A DNA stretch of 64,000 nucleotides from Octopus sinensis. Taxonomy: Eukaryota. The DNA is taken from contig NC_043000.1 in the NCBI RefSeq assembly GCF_006345805.1, positions 23,188,001 to 23,252,000 of the forward strand, given 5' to 3'. A program made the translations under genes and the position numbers. Under the pieces are notes generated by a model, which was given only the letters and a program-made list of their open reading frames with translations, ran no database searches and was not told where the DNA came from. This document shows positions 62,430-64,000 of the stretch, in pieces (the first letter of the stretch is position 1; each line of letters opens with the position of its first letter).

Positions 62430-63830
62430 GGATTCATATTATTCTGGCTTCTATCCTTGGACCAGTTTAGTATAGGAAACCCTACCAGGGGCTTGCACTC
62501 AACTAGCATGGTTCTCAGGGTCAATGAGGAACACAAGCCACTACCACCTAACAAGAAGGAATGGACCTTATATTGGATGGATTTAACAGAAACCTACAAA
62601 TCAGTAAACCATGAATACAGAGCAGGTGTGCAAGATGGTTTTATTGCCCTGCATATATCTCTAACAGGCTCAGTTGCTAGCACTTCTATGGCAATAGATT
62701 ATAACAGGCAATGGAACTCTGTGACACTGCTAAACCACAGAATTTCCAAAGTTATCTCTAATTCTTGACCTTAACATCTTCTAAAAGAGATCATTCAGAC
62801 TGTTCTTGTTGACATCCAGAAATGTTTCTTAGCCATTATCACTCACACCCTCTCCTAACTCTATAGAATGCAAGCTCTAAGCCTCCCCCAACTGTGTTGT
62901 GCAGTTTGCAGAATGCAGTGAGCACTTGATAACATTTGAGTTGCTGTATGTTCAATTTTGATCTGCACTTGATCAGGACTGCAGCTCAACCAAAGAGATA
63001 AATTGCATGACTGGTGACCGTACCTGTCCACAACCATCATTTCCATAGTTTTGACATTTCTGCAGATACATAAGCCACAGTAAGTGCTTGTACATCTTCA
63101 GTGAAGGCATCCGCAACCCCACATCCTACCACTGAGTGAGTCTTGGCAGCAAGATGGATCTCTGAACCAGTGAAATCTGTCTCTCTATAAAAAGTAAAAG
63201 AGCAAGTTCTCCAATGTAGTCAGGTGTCTCCTGAGCCACCATGATGGCAATGTCATACCATGCATGTGTAGACATGGTTCTTCTTTGTTTCAGTTCCAAC
63301 AAGATGTCCCTCTGTTACAGATGTCTCTCTGTTACAGTAAGAGCTTCTTCTCCAAAACATACTGGAAAGAGAAGAGGAGGAAGCTCTCATAGACTGAACA
63401 TATGATTCAAAACAGTTCTGCAAGATGGCTGTTTAGTTTGACCATTAAACTGATACTGTTGTACATTGTAATAAGCTAGCTTCTAAAGACAAACCAAAAA
63501 CTGACAGTTCTTGGTGAAGCTGCCAGATAGCAACAGTTGACTTTGTTACCAGTACTTTGGACTGCTTCAAATTGATAAGCACCTCACTGAAACCAAGATT
63601 ATTTCTGACTCACTCTATAAAGTTTCACATGAAGTAGAAGCCTTTGTGACTAAATCACACAATTCTAAACATCTCTTTTGAAGAGAAGAACCGGTCTCTT
63701 ACCAAGCATCTTTGCAAACATTTTTCAACTCTGTGTTTAACCAAGTTGACTATTGCATCCCTTTTGTTCAAATATTTCCTCAGTAGTGTCCCCCACTCCT
63801 AGTTTATTGTCAGTTTGCAGACAAATGCCA
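62430..63830 (+). mobile_element. Very old CR1/L2-like LINE RT remnant
   Basis: MDLTETYKSVNHE resembles DLSKAFDSVxH; NSVFNQVDYCIP resembles the S.V...LDYC thumb motif. Confidence 0.35.
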
Positions 63831-63848
63831 AAAATATAGCACACATAC

Positions 63849-64000
63849 TTATTTCTTTACTACCCACAAGGGGCTAAACACAGAGGGAACAAACAAGGAC
63901 AAACAAATGGATTAAGTCGATTATATCGACCCCAGTGCATAACTGGTACTTATTTAATCGACCCCAAAAGGATGAAAGGCAAAGTCGACCTCAGCGGAAT
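63849..64000 (-). mobile_element. SINE family B, cut by the window end
   Basis: Reverse complement of the family B 3' part. Confidence 0.85.

Overview
AT-rich, repeat-dominated animal genomic DNA with no long intact protein-coding ORF. The SINE families, LINE types and very high microsatellite density resemble coleoid cephalopod (Octopus-like) DNA; this is an inference from recalled repeat sequences, not a database search. Nearly all supplied ORFs are microsatellite or transposon artefacts. The window holds dozens of copies of about five SINE-like families (my labels A-E), a decayed hAT-like DNA transposon with ~290-bp TIRs, and fragments of Tigger/pogo, mariner, Penelope-like, RTE, CR1, Tx1/L1 and R4/Dong elements, plus several MITEs and a non-autonomous Helitron. 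Best leads: (1) short non-autonomous elements carrying hammerhead-ribozyme cores, one behind a tRNA-derived Pol III head; (2) R4/Dong-type LINEs tied to two different microsatellites, (ACAT)n and (TAA)n, with a recurring arrangement in which one element's tail appears to be the next element's target; (3) a speculative minus-strand multi-exon membrane-protein gene with one in-frame TGA, and a plus-strand 12-nt microexon candidate. All exon calls rest on splice-signal reading only and are low confidence. Boundaries of degenerate repeats are approximate (+/-10-30 bp).
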